From: Candidatus Micrarchaeota archaeon
GTDB taxonomy: Archaea > Micrarchaeota > Micrarchaeia > Anstonellales > Bilamarchaeaceae
Direction of reading: 5' to 3'
Assembly: GCA_018304385.1 (NCBI GenBank)
Contig: JAGVWJ010000033.1
Coordinates: 1-18,865 of the forward strand
DNA length: 18,865 nucleotides
Position 1 is the first letter of the stretch. Every line of letters begins with the position of its first letter. The notes under the pieces were generated by a model. That model saw nothing but the letters and a program-made list of their open reading frames with translations, did not search any database and was not told the DNA's origin. Both the position numbers and the translations under genes were made by a program. This document shows positions 8,125 through 15,803 of this stretch, piece after piece.

Positions 8125-8499
8125 CTACTCTAATATTCTTACATATGGCAAATCTTTGAAATCATTATCTTTTGTAAGTAAGATTAGGTCGTGATAACGA
8201 GCAGTAGTATATATAATGCAGTCTATCATGCTTATCTTTTCATTGTTTTTTCTTTCTCTATAATAAGTTTTTCCACTATTGACAAGGATGTCTTCATTTA
8301 GTTCGAGTATTTTTGATAAATTTTTAATCTTTTGCAGATGTGGTTCTGGCCCTTCGTTATTTTTATAAACCCAATTTGTTATCTCAGCAAACGTTAAAGG
8401 ACACGTATAAAAAGATGTTTTTTCACTTAAAGACTTAATCTCCCCACCTAAATTTGTACCTTTTAGATACTCTATCCATGCAGATGTATCCAATAGCAT
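8125..8499 (-). CDS. vapC: PIN-domain toxin (VapC family)
   Basis: N-terminal LLDTSAW and SMIDCIIY...TKDNDF acidic PIN residues. Lies downstream of an AbrB-type gene. Confidence 0.88.
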   Translation of the reverse strand: MLLDTSAWIEYLKGTNLGGEIKSLSEKTSFYTCPLTFAEITNWVYKNNEGPEPHLQKIKNLSKILELNEDILVNSGKTYYRERKNNEKISMIDCIIYTTARYHDLILLTKDNDFKDLPYVRILE

Positions 8500-8515
8500 T
8501 CCAAAAACCCTGACT

Positions 8516-8746
8516 TTAAAACTCTCTAGTTTTTTTATCTCTTACAAATGGCTTAGTAAAATGCTTCGCCATTCCGAAACCTTCTTCTATCTCCTTTTCC
8601 ATCTCTTCACGAGATTTATGTTTCAGTAGTGATACGTCTATCTCATCGCCCACTTCTACATCTAATGCAGCTAATTGTTCTTTCGGAACTAAAACACCAA
8701 CAGAGCTTCCAATTTTTCTTAATTTTGCTTTGAATATATCGGTCAT
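8516..8746 (-). CDS. vapB: AbrB/MazE/SpoVT-fold antitoxin (VapB)
   Basis: KLRKIGSSVGVLVPKE...VGDEI swapped-hairpin signature. SD GGTGG. Confidence 0.85.
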   Translation of the reverse strand: MTDIFKAKLRKIGSSVGVLVPKEQLAALDVEVGDEIDVSLLKHKSREEMEKEIEEGFGMAKHFTKPFVRDKKTREF

Positions 8747-8756
8747 TGAACCACCT

Positions 8757-8789
8757 ATTATAATATATTATAATCATATTTATAAATAT
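8757..8789. promoter_or_regulatory. Two adjacent perfect palindromes over the vapBC promoter (putative operator)
   Basis: ATTATAATATATTATAAT (8757-8774) and ATATTTATAAATAT (8776-8789); the second contains TTTATAAA. Confidence 0.5.
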
Positions 8790-8866
8790 TGCCCTTGTAA
8801 CCCCAATTATAACCTGCTTTTGTGGCAAAAAAACAAAAGCAGATATCTCACAGTGGTGATTGTTCG

Positions 8867-10030
8867 ATGACTCGCTTTATAGTAGTTGGCGGAACAGGAA
8901 TGATGGGACGCGTAGCAGTACGCGATCTTTTTGAAACCACTAAAGACGAAATTGTAATTGCTGCAAGAAGTGGGGCAGAAGAAGCAGCAAAAAAATATAA
9001 AAACGAACGCGTAAGCGGAATAGAATTGGATGTTAAAGACCAAGATAGCACTGCTAGAATCTTTAAAGATACGAATATTGTCCTCAATTGTGCGATTTAT
9101 TATATGAACTTAAATGTAATGCAAGCATGCCTAAAAGCAGGAGTTCATTATCTAGATTTGGGCGGATTATTCCACATGACAAAAAAGCAGTTGGCGCTTA
9201 ATGCACAATTTAAAGATGCTGGTTTAACTGCAATTTTAGGTATGGGAAGCACACCTGGTATTACAAATGTGCTTGCTGCATATGGATCGCGAGAGTTTGA
9301 AAAAATTGAATCTATTGATATAAAAGTTGGGTGGAAAGATTTTTCAAAACGTATTGGACCCGAATCACCAGTTCCATACGCTATTGCTACGCTAGTTGAT
9401 GAATTCACAGAAAAACCAGCAGTATTTCAAAATAGAAAAATGAAATTTGTTGAGCCAGTATCTGGAAAAGAGAAAATAAAATTTCCAAAACCAATAGGCG
9501 AGCAAACTGCATTTTATACATTGCATTCTGAGCTTGCAACTTTTCCGCAAAGTTTTGCTAATAAAGGAATAAAGAACGCGAGTTTTCGAGTAAGCTTTGA
9601 TGATGAATTTGTAAATAATATTTTATATCTTGTTTCAACTGGCATTACAAAAAAAGAATTGACTGAGTATAATGGAATGAAAATATCTCCATTAGATTTC
9701 TTAGCACGAACTATTGCTGCACAACCAGTAGGCAAAGTTAAAAAGCTTGAAGATTATGAATGCTTACGTGTTGAAATCCGTGGGCTCATTGCTCATGGCT
9801 CAAAGCTGAAGGCCTTACAAATTGACTGCCTTGCAAAAAGTTATCCTAAATATGGCTTTGCAGCAGGTGATATAGATACAGGAACGCCGCCAAGCATTGT
9901 TGCACAGATGATTGCTCGCGGCGAGATTACTGATCTAGGAGTTATGCCTTCAGAGTTTCATGTTCCTGAACAGAAATTTTTTAAAGAATTAAATAAAAGA
10001 GGAATGAATATAAGTAAAAGATGGGTATAA
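8867..10030 (+). CDS. Saccharopine dehydrogenase / lysine 6-dehydrogenase / carboxyspermidine dehydrogenase family NAD(P)-dependent oxidoreductase
   Basis: Rossmann motif VVGGTGMMG, YLDLGG, LGMGSTPGITNV, HSELAT. SD GGTGA precedes ATG 8867. Confidence 0.85.
   Translation: MTRFIVVGGTGMMGRVAVRDLFETTKDEIVIAARSGAEEAAKKYKNERVSGIELDVKDQDSTARIFKDTNIVLNCAIYYMNLNVMQACLKAGVHYLDLGGLFHMTKKQLALNAQFKDAGLTAILGMGSTPGITNVLAAYGSREFEKIESIDIKVGWKDFSKRIGPESPVPYAIATLVDEFTEKPAVFQNRKMKFVEPVSGKEKIKFPKPIGEQTAFYTLHSELATFPQSFANKGIKNASFRVSFDDEFVNNILYLVSTGITKKELTEYNGMKISPLDFLARTIAAQPVGKVKKLEDYECLRVEIRGLIAHGSKLKALQIDCLAKSYPKYGFAAGDIDTGTPPSIVAQMIARGEITDLGVMPSEFHVPEQKFFKELNKRGMNISKRWV
9782..9816. repeat. Heptanucleotide array B, inside the dehydrogenase CDS
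   Basis: GGGCTCA TTGCTCA TGGCTCA AAGCTGA AGGCCTT. The reverse complement of 9783-9813 matches 15665-15695 at 27/31 nt. Confidence 0.75.
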
Positions 10031-10035
10031 AGTTA

Positions 10036-10077
10036 CGGCCATTGGCTAGTGGCCAACAGCTAATGGCTAATAGCAAT
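10036..10077. repeat. Heptanucleotide array C (6 units)
   Basis: CGGCCAT TGGCTAG TGGCCAA CAGCTAA TGGCTAA TAGCAAT, between the dehydrogenase stop and patA. Confidence 0.75.
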
Positions 10078-10092
10078 GAATATGTGATAATA

Positions 10093-11679
10093 ATGAATAA
10101 AAAAAAGAAGAAAATAAAAGAGAAGAAAGAAGAACCTAAGGCTATTAAGAGCAAGGAACACATTGTTGTTGCGCATTCACCTAAAAAAGACGAGAAAAAG
10201 GAACCAGAGATAGATAAGGATTTAGATCATTTGCTAGGTGCACATTGCGTATTAAAATCAAAGATAATAATTGGAAAAAACCTAAAAGGTCGTGCGTATA
10301 TTTGCTCGCGCATGACACGCGATGAGGTACTAAAAACGTCACAAGATTATTTGGATATAATATGTTGTAAAACGCTTACAAAGAAAATAAAACAAGAGGT
10401 TATTCAAAAAACGATTGAGAATATTCATAATTATTTTAATCGAGGCTATTTGGATTATAGAAAATCAGTAACAGAAGCAGAGGATTTTGCTGCTATAGAG
10501 TGGGAAGGGCAAGGATCAATAATAAAAGATATAATGGGAAGAAAATATATTGATTTTCTAGGTGGATATGGCATTTATAATATGGGCATAAGGCACCCAA
10601 AAATCGTAAAGGCAGTTGAAATGCAGTTGCGAAGAATGCCATTAAACAGCCAAGAACTGCTTGAACCACTTCGAGGCGCGCTTGCTCAATTGCTTGGAGA
10701 ACTTGCACCTGGCGATTTACAACAGTGTTTTTTCATAAATAATGGAACTGACGCAGTAGAAGGCGCAATGAAACTTGCAAGGCTTTATACTGGAAAATCC
10801 GGTTTTATTTCAACTGTAAGAGGATTTCATGGAAAGAGCATGGGTTCCCTATCATTAATGGGTAAGGCAGAATACAGACAACCATTTGAACCGCTTTTGA
10901 GCAATATTCATTTTGTTCCATTTGGGGATGCAGATGAACTCGAACAAGAACTAACAAAATTACAGGCTGTTGGTGCTGGCATTGCTGCATTTGTTGTTGA
11001 GCCAGTGCAGGGCGAGGCTGGTGCTGTTGTTCCGCCAGATGATTATTTTCCGCGCGTTCGGGAAATCTGTGATAAATACGGGATTCTGCTAATAGTTGAT
11101 GAAGTGCAAACGGGCATGGGAAGAACTGGAAAGACATTTGCAATTGAGCATTGGAATGTTGTACCGGATATAATGTGCTTGGGTAAATCTTTAGGTGGAG
11201 GTGTAATGCCTCTTAGCGCATTTATGAGCTCGAGAAGAATCTGGAAAAAATTAGAACAGAATCCATTCGTACATAGTACAACATTTGGCGGTAATGCACT
11301 TGCTTGCGCTGCTGGCATTGCTGCAATTAATGTTATGCTAGAGGAGAAATTAGCTGAGCAAGCAACTCGCAAGGGGCAATTCTTGTTAAATGAACTTGCT
11401 AAGATCCAGAAAAAATATAAGAAACTCATGTTGGATGTGCATGGAAAAGGTTTGTTAATTGGAATGGATTTTGTAACGAATAATATTGGTTATGAAGTTG
11501 CTGCTGGTTTATTTAAGCGTGGCATATTAGTTGCAGGAACAATGATTAGTGCGCAAACAATAAGAGTTGAGCCTGCATTGAATATTCCTGATAAATATTT
11601 GAAAGTATTCTTGGATAAATTAGAAGAAACATTGAAACAAATAGATAAAGAAGGCGTTCATGGGAAGCATACAGAGTAG
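10093..11679 (+). CDS. patA: Putrescine aminotransferase (PatA/YgjG family) with probable Lys-rich N-terminal extension
   Basis: YFNRGYLDYRKSVT, DFLGGYGIYNMG, PLNSQELLEPLRGALA, DEVQTGMGRTG, PLP lysine in LGKSLGGG closely recall E. coli YgjG. The start is uncertain (10093 versus 10312). Confidence 0.85.
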   Translation: MNKKKKKIKEKKEEPKAIKSKEHIVVAHSPKKDEKKEPEIDKDLDHLLGAHCVLKSKIIIGKNLKGRAYICSRMTRDEVLKTSQDYLDIICCKTLTKKIKQEVIQKTIENIHNYFNRGYLDYRKSVTEAEDFAAIEWEGQGSIIKDIMGRKYIDFLGGYGIYNMGIRHPKIVKAVEMQLRRMPLNSQELLEPLRGALAQLLGELAPGDLQQCFFINNGTDAVEGAMKLARLYTGKSGFISTVRGFHGKSMGSLSLMGKAEYRQPFEPLLSNIHFVPFGDADELEQELTKLQAVGAGIAAFVVEPVQGEAGAVVPPDDYFPRVREICDKYGILLIVDEVQTGMGRTGKTFAIEHWNVVPDIMCLGKSLGGGVMPLSAFMSSRRIWKKLEQNPFVHSTTFGGNALACAAGIAAINVMLEEKLAEQATRKGQFLLNELAKIQKKYKKLMLDVHGKGLLIGMDFVTNNIGYEVAAGLFKRGILVAGTMISAQTIRVEPALNIPDKYLKVFLDKLEETLKQIDKEGVHGKHTE

Positions 11680-13278
11680 TTAGTGCGTATGCTGTGAGCT
11701 ACGTATATATGTTTCATCTTCTGGTGTTACTAATCCTGCTTTTAGAAGTGCTTCATAAGGAGAATTTTTGTAATGGTGAGTTAATAATCCAGTTAATCCA
11801 TTATTATAAAAATCATCCTGTGTTATCTCTCTTGCTTCCTTCTTTAACTTCCAGATTAACCATTTAGTAGCTGCTATCCTAATTTGTTTATCTTTATAAA
11901 ATTCGTTTCCAACCTTAACCATCTCCCAATGATAAATCTTATCGGATCCAAACTGTCCAGTTCTAGCATGCTCTTTTGTTTCATCTAAAGAATAAGCGTA
12001 TTCAGCTTCAACCAAAGCTAAATAAGGAGAACCTTTGTAGCGTTCTAATAACCCGTCCAATTTATTATTATAAAAGTCATCCGCAGTTATCTCTTTTACT
12101 TCCTTCTTTAATCTCCAGATTAACCATTTACAAGCAGCTATTCTAATCTCTTTCTCCTCATAAATGTGGGGCGTTTTTTTCATTTCCCAAGCATATACTT
12201 TATCAGTTTTAAATTCATTATTTGTAGCATGTACTAAAGTTTCATCCAGCGAGTAAGCGTAACCTGCTTCAAAAAGGGCTTTATAAGGAGAACCTTTGTA
12301 TTCTGGTCTTGATAATAACCCACCTAATCTACTTTCAAAATCATCTTTAGTTATTTCTCTTGCGTCTTTATTTAATTTCCATAATAGCCATTTAGTAGCC
12401 GCTATTCTAATTTCATAATCATCGTAAATAGATGGAGCTTTACTCATCACCCAAGGATAAATCTTATCCGTTTTAAACCCAGTTCTAGTATGTTCTTTTA
12501 CTTCATCTAAAGAATAAGCATATCCAACTTCTACTAATGCAAGATAAGGAGAACTGCTGCAATAGTTTGCTAACACCCCACCTAATCCATTGTTAACAAA
12601 ATCTTCTACACTGATTCTTCTAATTCTTTCTAAATTTTTTCTTAACTCATCTAAAACTTCCTGCATTCTTTTTGCATCAGTTTTTTCTTCTCTGGCGGAT
12701 TGTAAAATAAGCTGGTCTAGTTCCTCTTTTAATTCATCCAGTCTAGCAGGACTAGCACCTAAAAATCCCAAGAGTTTTTTTATTACTGTTGAGCGAATCT
12801 CTTTATCATCCCATCCAACATGATAAGAACGAACAACATATCCTTTATGACATAATTCTTCAGCTTTTCCTTTCTCAAGCATTTGCTCTACTTTTGAGCT
12901 TACTGCATCTCTTATTTCTTTTTTAGTTAATGATCTTCTTTCTTCTAGTCTTGGTTCTCTTGTTCTATCACTAACTGGTTCTCCAAATTCTAGATTTTGT
13001 CTAACTACTTGCGGTGCTAATTCTTCATATCCTTTATCAGTAATCTTATAATTTCCTTTTCCAATAAAAAATAAAGCTAGCCATCGCTTGAATTGAAGGG
13101 AGGTTGAGCTAGGATCCTGAAGAGCGAAGGCTCTTTGGGAGCTAGAGAACTTGTTCTCTGGAACCGTAGGTTTCTGGCATTCATCTGGTGGCATTGGCAC
13201 TAACTTTAATTTTGGAATACGCCTACCTGCCTGTGGGTTTGTAATACACCTTCTAATGAGTAATGCTACAACTTGCAT
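11680..13278 (-). CDS. Hypothetical protein, long paralog of the DUF4046-like family with about 87-89-aa tandem repeats
   Basis: Four SPY motifs and three full units (SPY..AL.E.GYAYSLDE...DKIY.W.M.K...IRIAA.KWL.W.L.K..REIT.DDF). The stop codon abuts the patA stop with no gap. Confidence 0.82.
   Translation of the reverse strand: MQVVALLIRRCITNPQAGRRIPKLKLVPMPPDECQKPTVPENKFSSSQRAFALQDPSSTSLQFKRWLALFFIGKGNYKITDKGYEELAPQVVRQNLEFGEPVSDRTREPRLEERRSLTKKEIRDAVSSKVEQMLEKGKAEELCHKGYVVRSYHVGWDDKEIRSTVIKKLLGFLGASPARLDELKEELDQLILQSAREEKTDAKRMQEVLDELRKNLERIRRISVEDFVNNGLGGVLANYCSSSPYLALVEVGYAYSLDEVKEHTRTGFKTDKIYPWVMSKAPSIYDDYEIRIAATKWLLWKLNKDAREITKDDFESRLGGLLSRPEYKGSPYKALFEAGYAYSLDETLVHATNNEFKTDKVYAWEMKKTPHIYEEKEIRIAACKWLIWRLKKEVKEITADDFYNNKLDGLLERYKGSPYLALVEAEYAYSLDETKEHARTGQFGSDKIYHWEMVKVGNEFYKDKQIRIAATKWLIWKLKKEAREITQDDFYNNGLTGLLTHHYKNSPYEALLKAGLVTPEDETYIRSSQHTH
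11756..12551 (-). repeat. Intragenic tandem repeats with period 267/261/261 bp
   Basis: The SPY-encoding TAAGGAG recurs at 11756, 12023, 12284 and 12545 on the + strand. Confidence 0.85.
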
Positions 13279-13311
13279 GCATTAATTGTGGTAACAAGGG
13301 ATTAAAAAGGT
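13279..13311 (-). promoter_or_regulatory. Leaderless promoter (acc-TTTTTAAT), paralogous to 1220-1252
   Basis: Same 33-nt spacing to the ATG and 25/33 identity with the short-paralog copy. Confidence 0.65.
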
Positions 13312-13439
13312 TGTAGTTTATAAAAACCTTAAACGATTGAAATGACCACAAAAAACATATATTTATAAGCGTTAATACACCTATTAATACTATAAAAATT
13401 TTCCAGTTAGCCCAATTAATATAAAAGAGGTATACACAC

Positions 13440-13907
13440 ATGACAGGTTTAAGATTTAGAAGTTCAGAAGTTGTGACGTCTAGGTGTCCGAGACGCACTA
13501 TACTAAATGCATTAGAAAGGGCAAAAATATTACTCTCAGATAGAGACTTACATGGAATAACTCCAATAGGTTTAAACGGAGAAAGGATATTGGCAGCAGC
13601 TTGTGGTAGGGCATTATCAATAGCAACACATCGTGCTGAAGGAAGATTCTCTGATGCAATTAGAGAAGCTGAAGCATTTTTACCTCCAATAGTTGGACCA
13701 CAAAGAGGACGATGGGATGTATTACTATTGGATACTGATGCATTGTTGGATACCGACCATAGAACATTATTAAGTAAGGTAGCAGCAATGGCAATATTAG
13801 GAGAGGCTTATGAGCAAGTTGGCAAACCCATGGATGCAACACATATGAAATCGTATTTGAGATTAGCTGCCCATGCAGTTCAATTAAGAGAATTTGCAAC
13901 AGTCTAA
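13440..13907 (+). CDS. Hypothetical alpha-helical protein
   Basis: 155-aa ORF with SD GAGGT upstream. No recognised motif. Confidence 0.65.
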   Translation: MTGLRFRSSEVVTSRCPRRTILNALERAKILLSDRDLHGITPIGLNGERILAAACGRALSIATHRAEGRFSDAIREAEAFLPPIVGPQRGRWDVLLLDTDALLDTDHRTLLSKVAAMAILGEAYEQVGKPMDATHMKSYLRLAAHAVQLREFATV

Positions 13908-14147
13908 TTATTCATTGCACGTCTTGCAATTATTAAAAATATCTAATTTTGCATTGCATTGAATACATGTAAAAAGAGCAGTTGGATGATGAGCCAGTTT
14001 TTGAATTGGGGTTATAGCACTACAGCGTAAACATTCTACCTGATGAATAGGACTGGAAACTATTAATGAAGGTTGTACTACTGCAACTTTTTTAGTAGTC
14101 TTTAAAGTTTTTGGTTTTTCTATTTTTTTAACGGCTTTTTTTACCAT
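13908..14147 (-). CDS. Small Zn-ribbon protein with Lys-rich N-terminus
   Basis: CLRC...CIQC...CKTC. SD GTGAT precedes ATG 14147, 12 nt downstream of the patD stop. Confidence 0.65.
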   Translation of the reverse strand: MVKKAVKKIEKPKTLKTTKKVAVVQPSLIVSSPIHQVECLRCSAITPIQKLAHHPTALFTCIQCNAKLDIFNNCKTCNE

Positions 14148-14159
14148 ATAAATCACTGC

Positions 14160-15656
14160 TCATTGTTTGCCATAAACCGTATAATGCCACGGCTTTCTAG
14201 CAAGCCCAGTTTGATCTATGTAAACATGCTTCAAATTAGTATATTCTTCTAAACTATATATTGATAAATCTTTCCCAAACCCACTTTGCTTAAATCCTCC
14301 ATGTGGGGTTTCGCTAGTGAGCGCTCCATGCTCGTTTATCCAAACTGTTCCAAAGCGCAATTTATTTGCAATTTTTATAGCAGTAGTAATATCTTTTCCA
14401 TAAACGCTTGCAGCTAACCCATAGTCAACATCATTCGCTTTCTCAATTGCTTCATCAATTTTTTCATAAGTTGATACACTAAGAACCGGACCAAATATTT
14501 CTTCCTGACAAATTTTCATCTTCTGTTGAACATTTCTAAATAATGCAGGAACAATATAATATCCATTTTCAAATTGTTTTCCACTAGGCCGTTGACCACC
14601 ACAGACTAATTCTGCACCTTCGTCAATTCCACTTCTTATATGATTCGCTACATTGTCACGCTGTCTTGCAGAAATAAGCGGACCCATATCTGTATTTTCA
14701 TTTAGCGGATCACCTAATCTAATCTTTCGCATTTCATTTAGTATTAGTGAAATTAGTTTCTTTTCGTATTTTTTATGAACATAAACACGCGTAACTGCGG
14801 TGCAATCCTGTCCAGTATTCCAAAACGCACCAACAGTTGCACCTTTTGCTGCCATATCAAGATCTGCATCAGACATAACAATTAATGGCGCTTTTCCACC
14901 TAATTCAAGATGAACTTTTTTAACATTATTACTTGCAAGTTGCATTATTTTCTTACCAGTTTTTGTATCGCCAGTAAGCGAAATCATATCTACTTTTTTG
15001 CTGCTTGCGATCTCGCTTCCAATTATCTCGCCTGGCCCAGTTACAACATTAAAAACACCTTTAGGAATAATTTTTTCAACTAGCCTTGTAAATTCTAAAA
15101 GCGTAAGCGGCGTATAGCTTGCTGGTTTTAGTACAAGTGTATTTCCTGCTGCGAGAGCTGGCGCTAATTTCCATATTGCAATATAAAGCGGGTAATTCCA
15201 AGGTATGATGCTGCCAACTACACCAACAGGTTCTCTTCGTAAAAAGCTAGTGCCAAGGCCAGAATAATCTGCTGAAGATAGACCTGTTAACATTCTCGCA
15301 GCGCCTGCAAAAAATTTTAAATTATCAATAATAAATGGCAGATCACTATCACGCGCATATTTGATGGTTTTACCAACGTTTTGCGATTCGAGTTTTGCTA
15401 GTTGTAAGCTATTTTTTTCAACCAATTCAGCTAATTTCCAAAGCAAAGTGGATCGCTCGCCTGGCGTTTTACTACTCCATACCCCAGAGTCAAACGCTTC
15501 GCGTGCTGCATCTATTGCTGTGTGTACATCATTGCGCGTACCTTTTGCAACATATGCAAGCAACTGGCTATTCGCTGGATTATAAACCTCAAAAGTATCG
15601 TTATCGCTTGCGCTAACCCATTTTCCATTTATATACATTTTATATGTGGAAGTCAT
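14160..15656 (-). CDS. patD: NAD-dependent aldehyde dehydrogenase, gamma-aminobutyraldehyde dehydrogenase (PatD/YdcW-like)
   Basis: PWNYP, LELGGKAP, catalytic GQDCTA, EEIFGPV and SGFGKDLS resemble PatD. The clustering with patA and gabT supports this. Confidence 0.75.
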   Translation of the reverse strand: MTSTYKMYINGKWVSASDNDTFEVYNPANSQLLAYVAKGTRNDVHTAIDAAREAFDSGVWSSKTPGERSTLLWKLAELVEKNSLQLAKLESQNVGKTIKYARDSDLPFIIDNLKFFAGAARMLTGLSSADYSGLGTSFLRREPVGVVGSIIPWNYPLYIAIWKLAPALAAGNTLVLKPASYTPLTLLEFTRLVEKIIPKGVFNVVTGPGEIIGSEIASSKKVDMISLTGDTKTGKKIMQLASNNVKKVHLELGGKAPLIVMSDADLDMAAKGATVGAFWNTGQDCTAVTRVYVHKKYEKKLISLILNEMRKIRLGDPLNENTDMGPLISARQRDNVANHIRSGIDEGAELVCGGQRPSGKQFENGYYIVPALFRNVQQKMKICQEEIFGPVLSVSTYEKIDEAIEKANDVDYGLAASVYGKDITTAIKIANKLRFGTVWINEHGALTSETPHGGFKQSGFGKDLSIYSLEEYTNLKHVYIDQTGLARKPWHYTVYGKQ

Positions 15657-15661
15657 TGTTA

Positions 15662-15737
15662 TCTGCCTTCAGCTGTGAGCCATGGGCATTGGGCCAACTC
15701 CGTGGCTGATTGCTGGCTGCTGATTGCTGATTGCCAA
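15662..15737. repeat. Heptanucleotide array D (5+5 units) between the patD TATA box and its start codon
   Basis: TCTGCCT TCAGCTG TGAGCCA TGGGCAT TGGGCCA actccg TGGCTGA TTGCTGG CTGCTGA TTGCTGA TTGCCAA. Confidence 0.8.
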
Positions 15738-15742
15738 CTTAT

Positions 15743-15757
15743 ATTTATAAGGTTTTT
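15743..15757 (-). promoter_or_regulatory. BRE/TATA-like promoter of patD
   Basis: AAAAACC-TTATAAAT on the - strand, about 90 nt upstream of ATG 15656. Confidence 0.5.
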
Positions 15758-15803
15758 GCCTCGTTTCTTGCATTAATCCTTCACATCTTTTATAACTAAT
15801 GCA

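Noticed and set aside
10021-10092. patA start at 10021
   Set aside because: It overlaps the upstream gene's stop and translates heptamer array C (LRPLASGQQLMANS), which looks non-coding.
11756-12551. Regularly spaced repeats as a CRISPR array
   Set aside because: The period is about 261-267 bp, the units are degenerate in-frame protein repeats with no unique spacers, and no cas genes are present.
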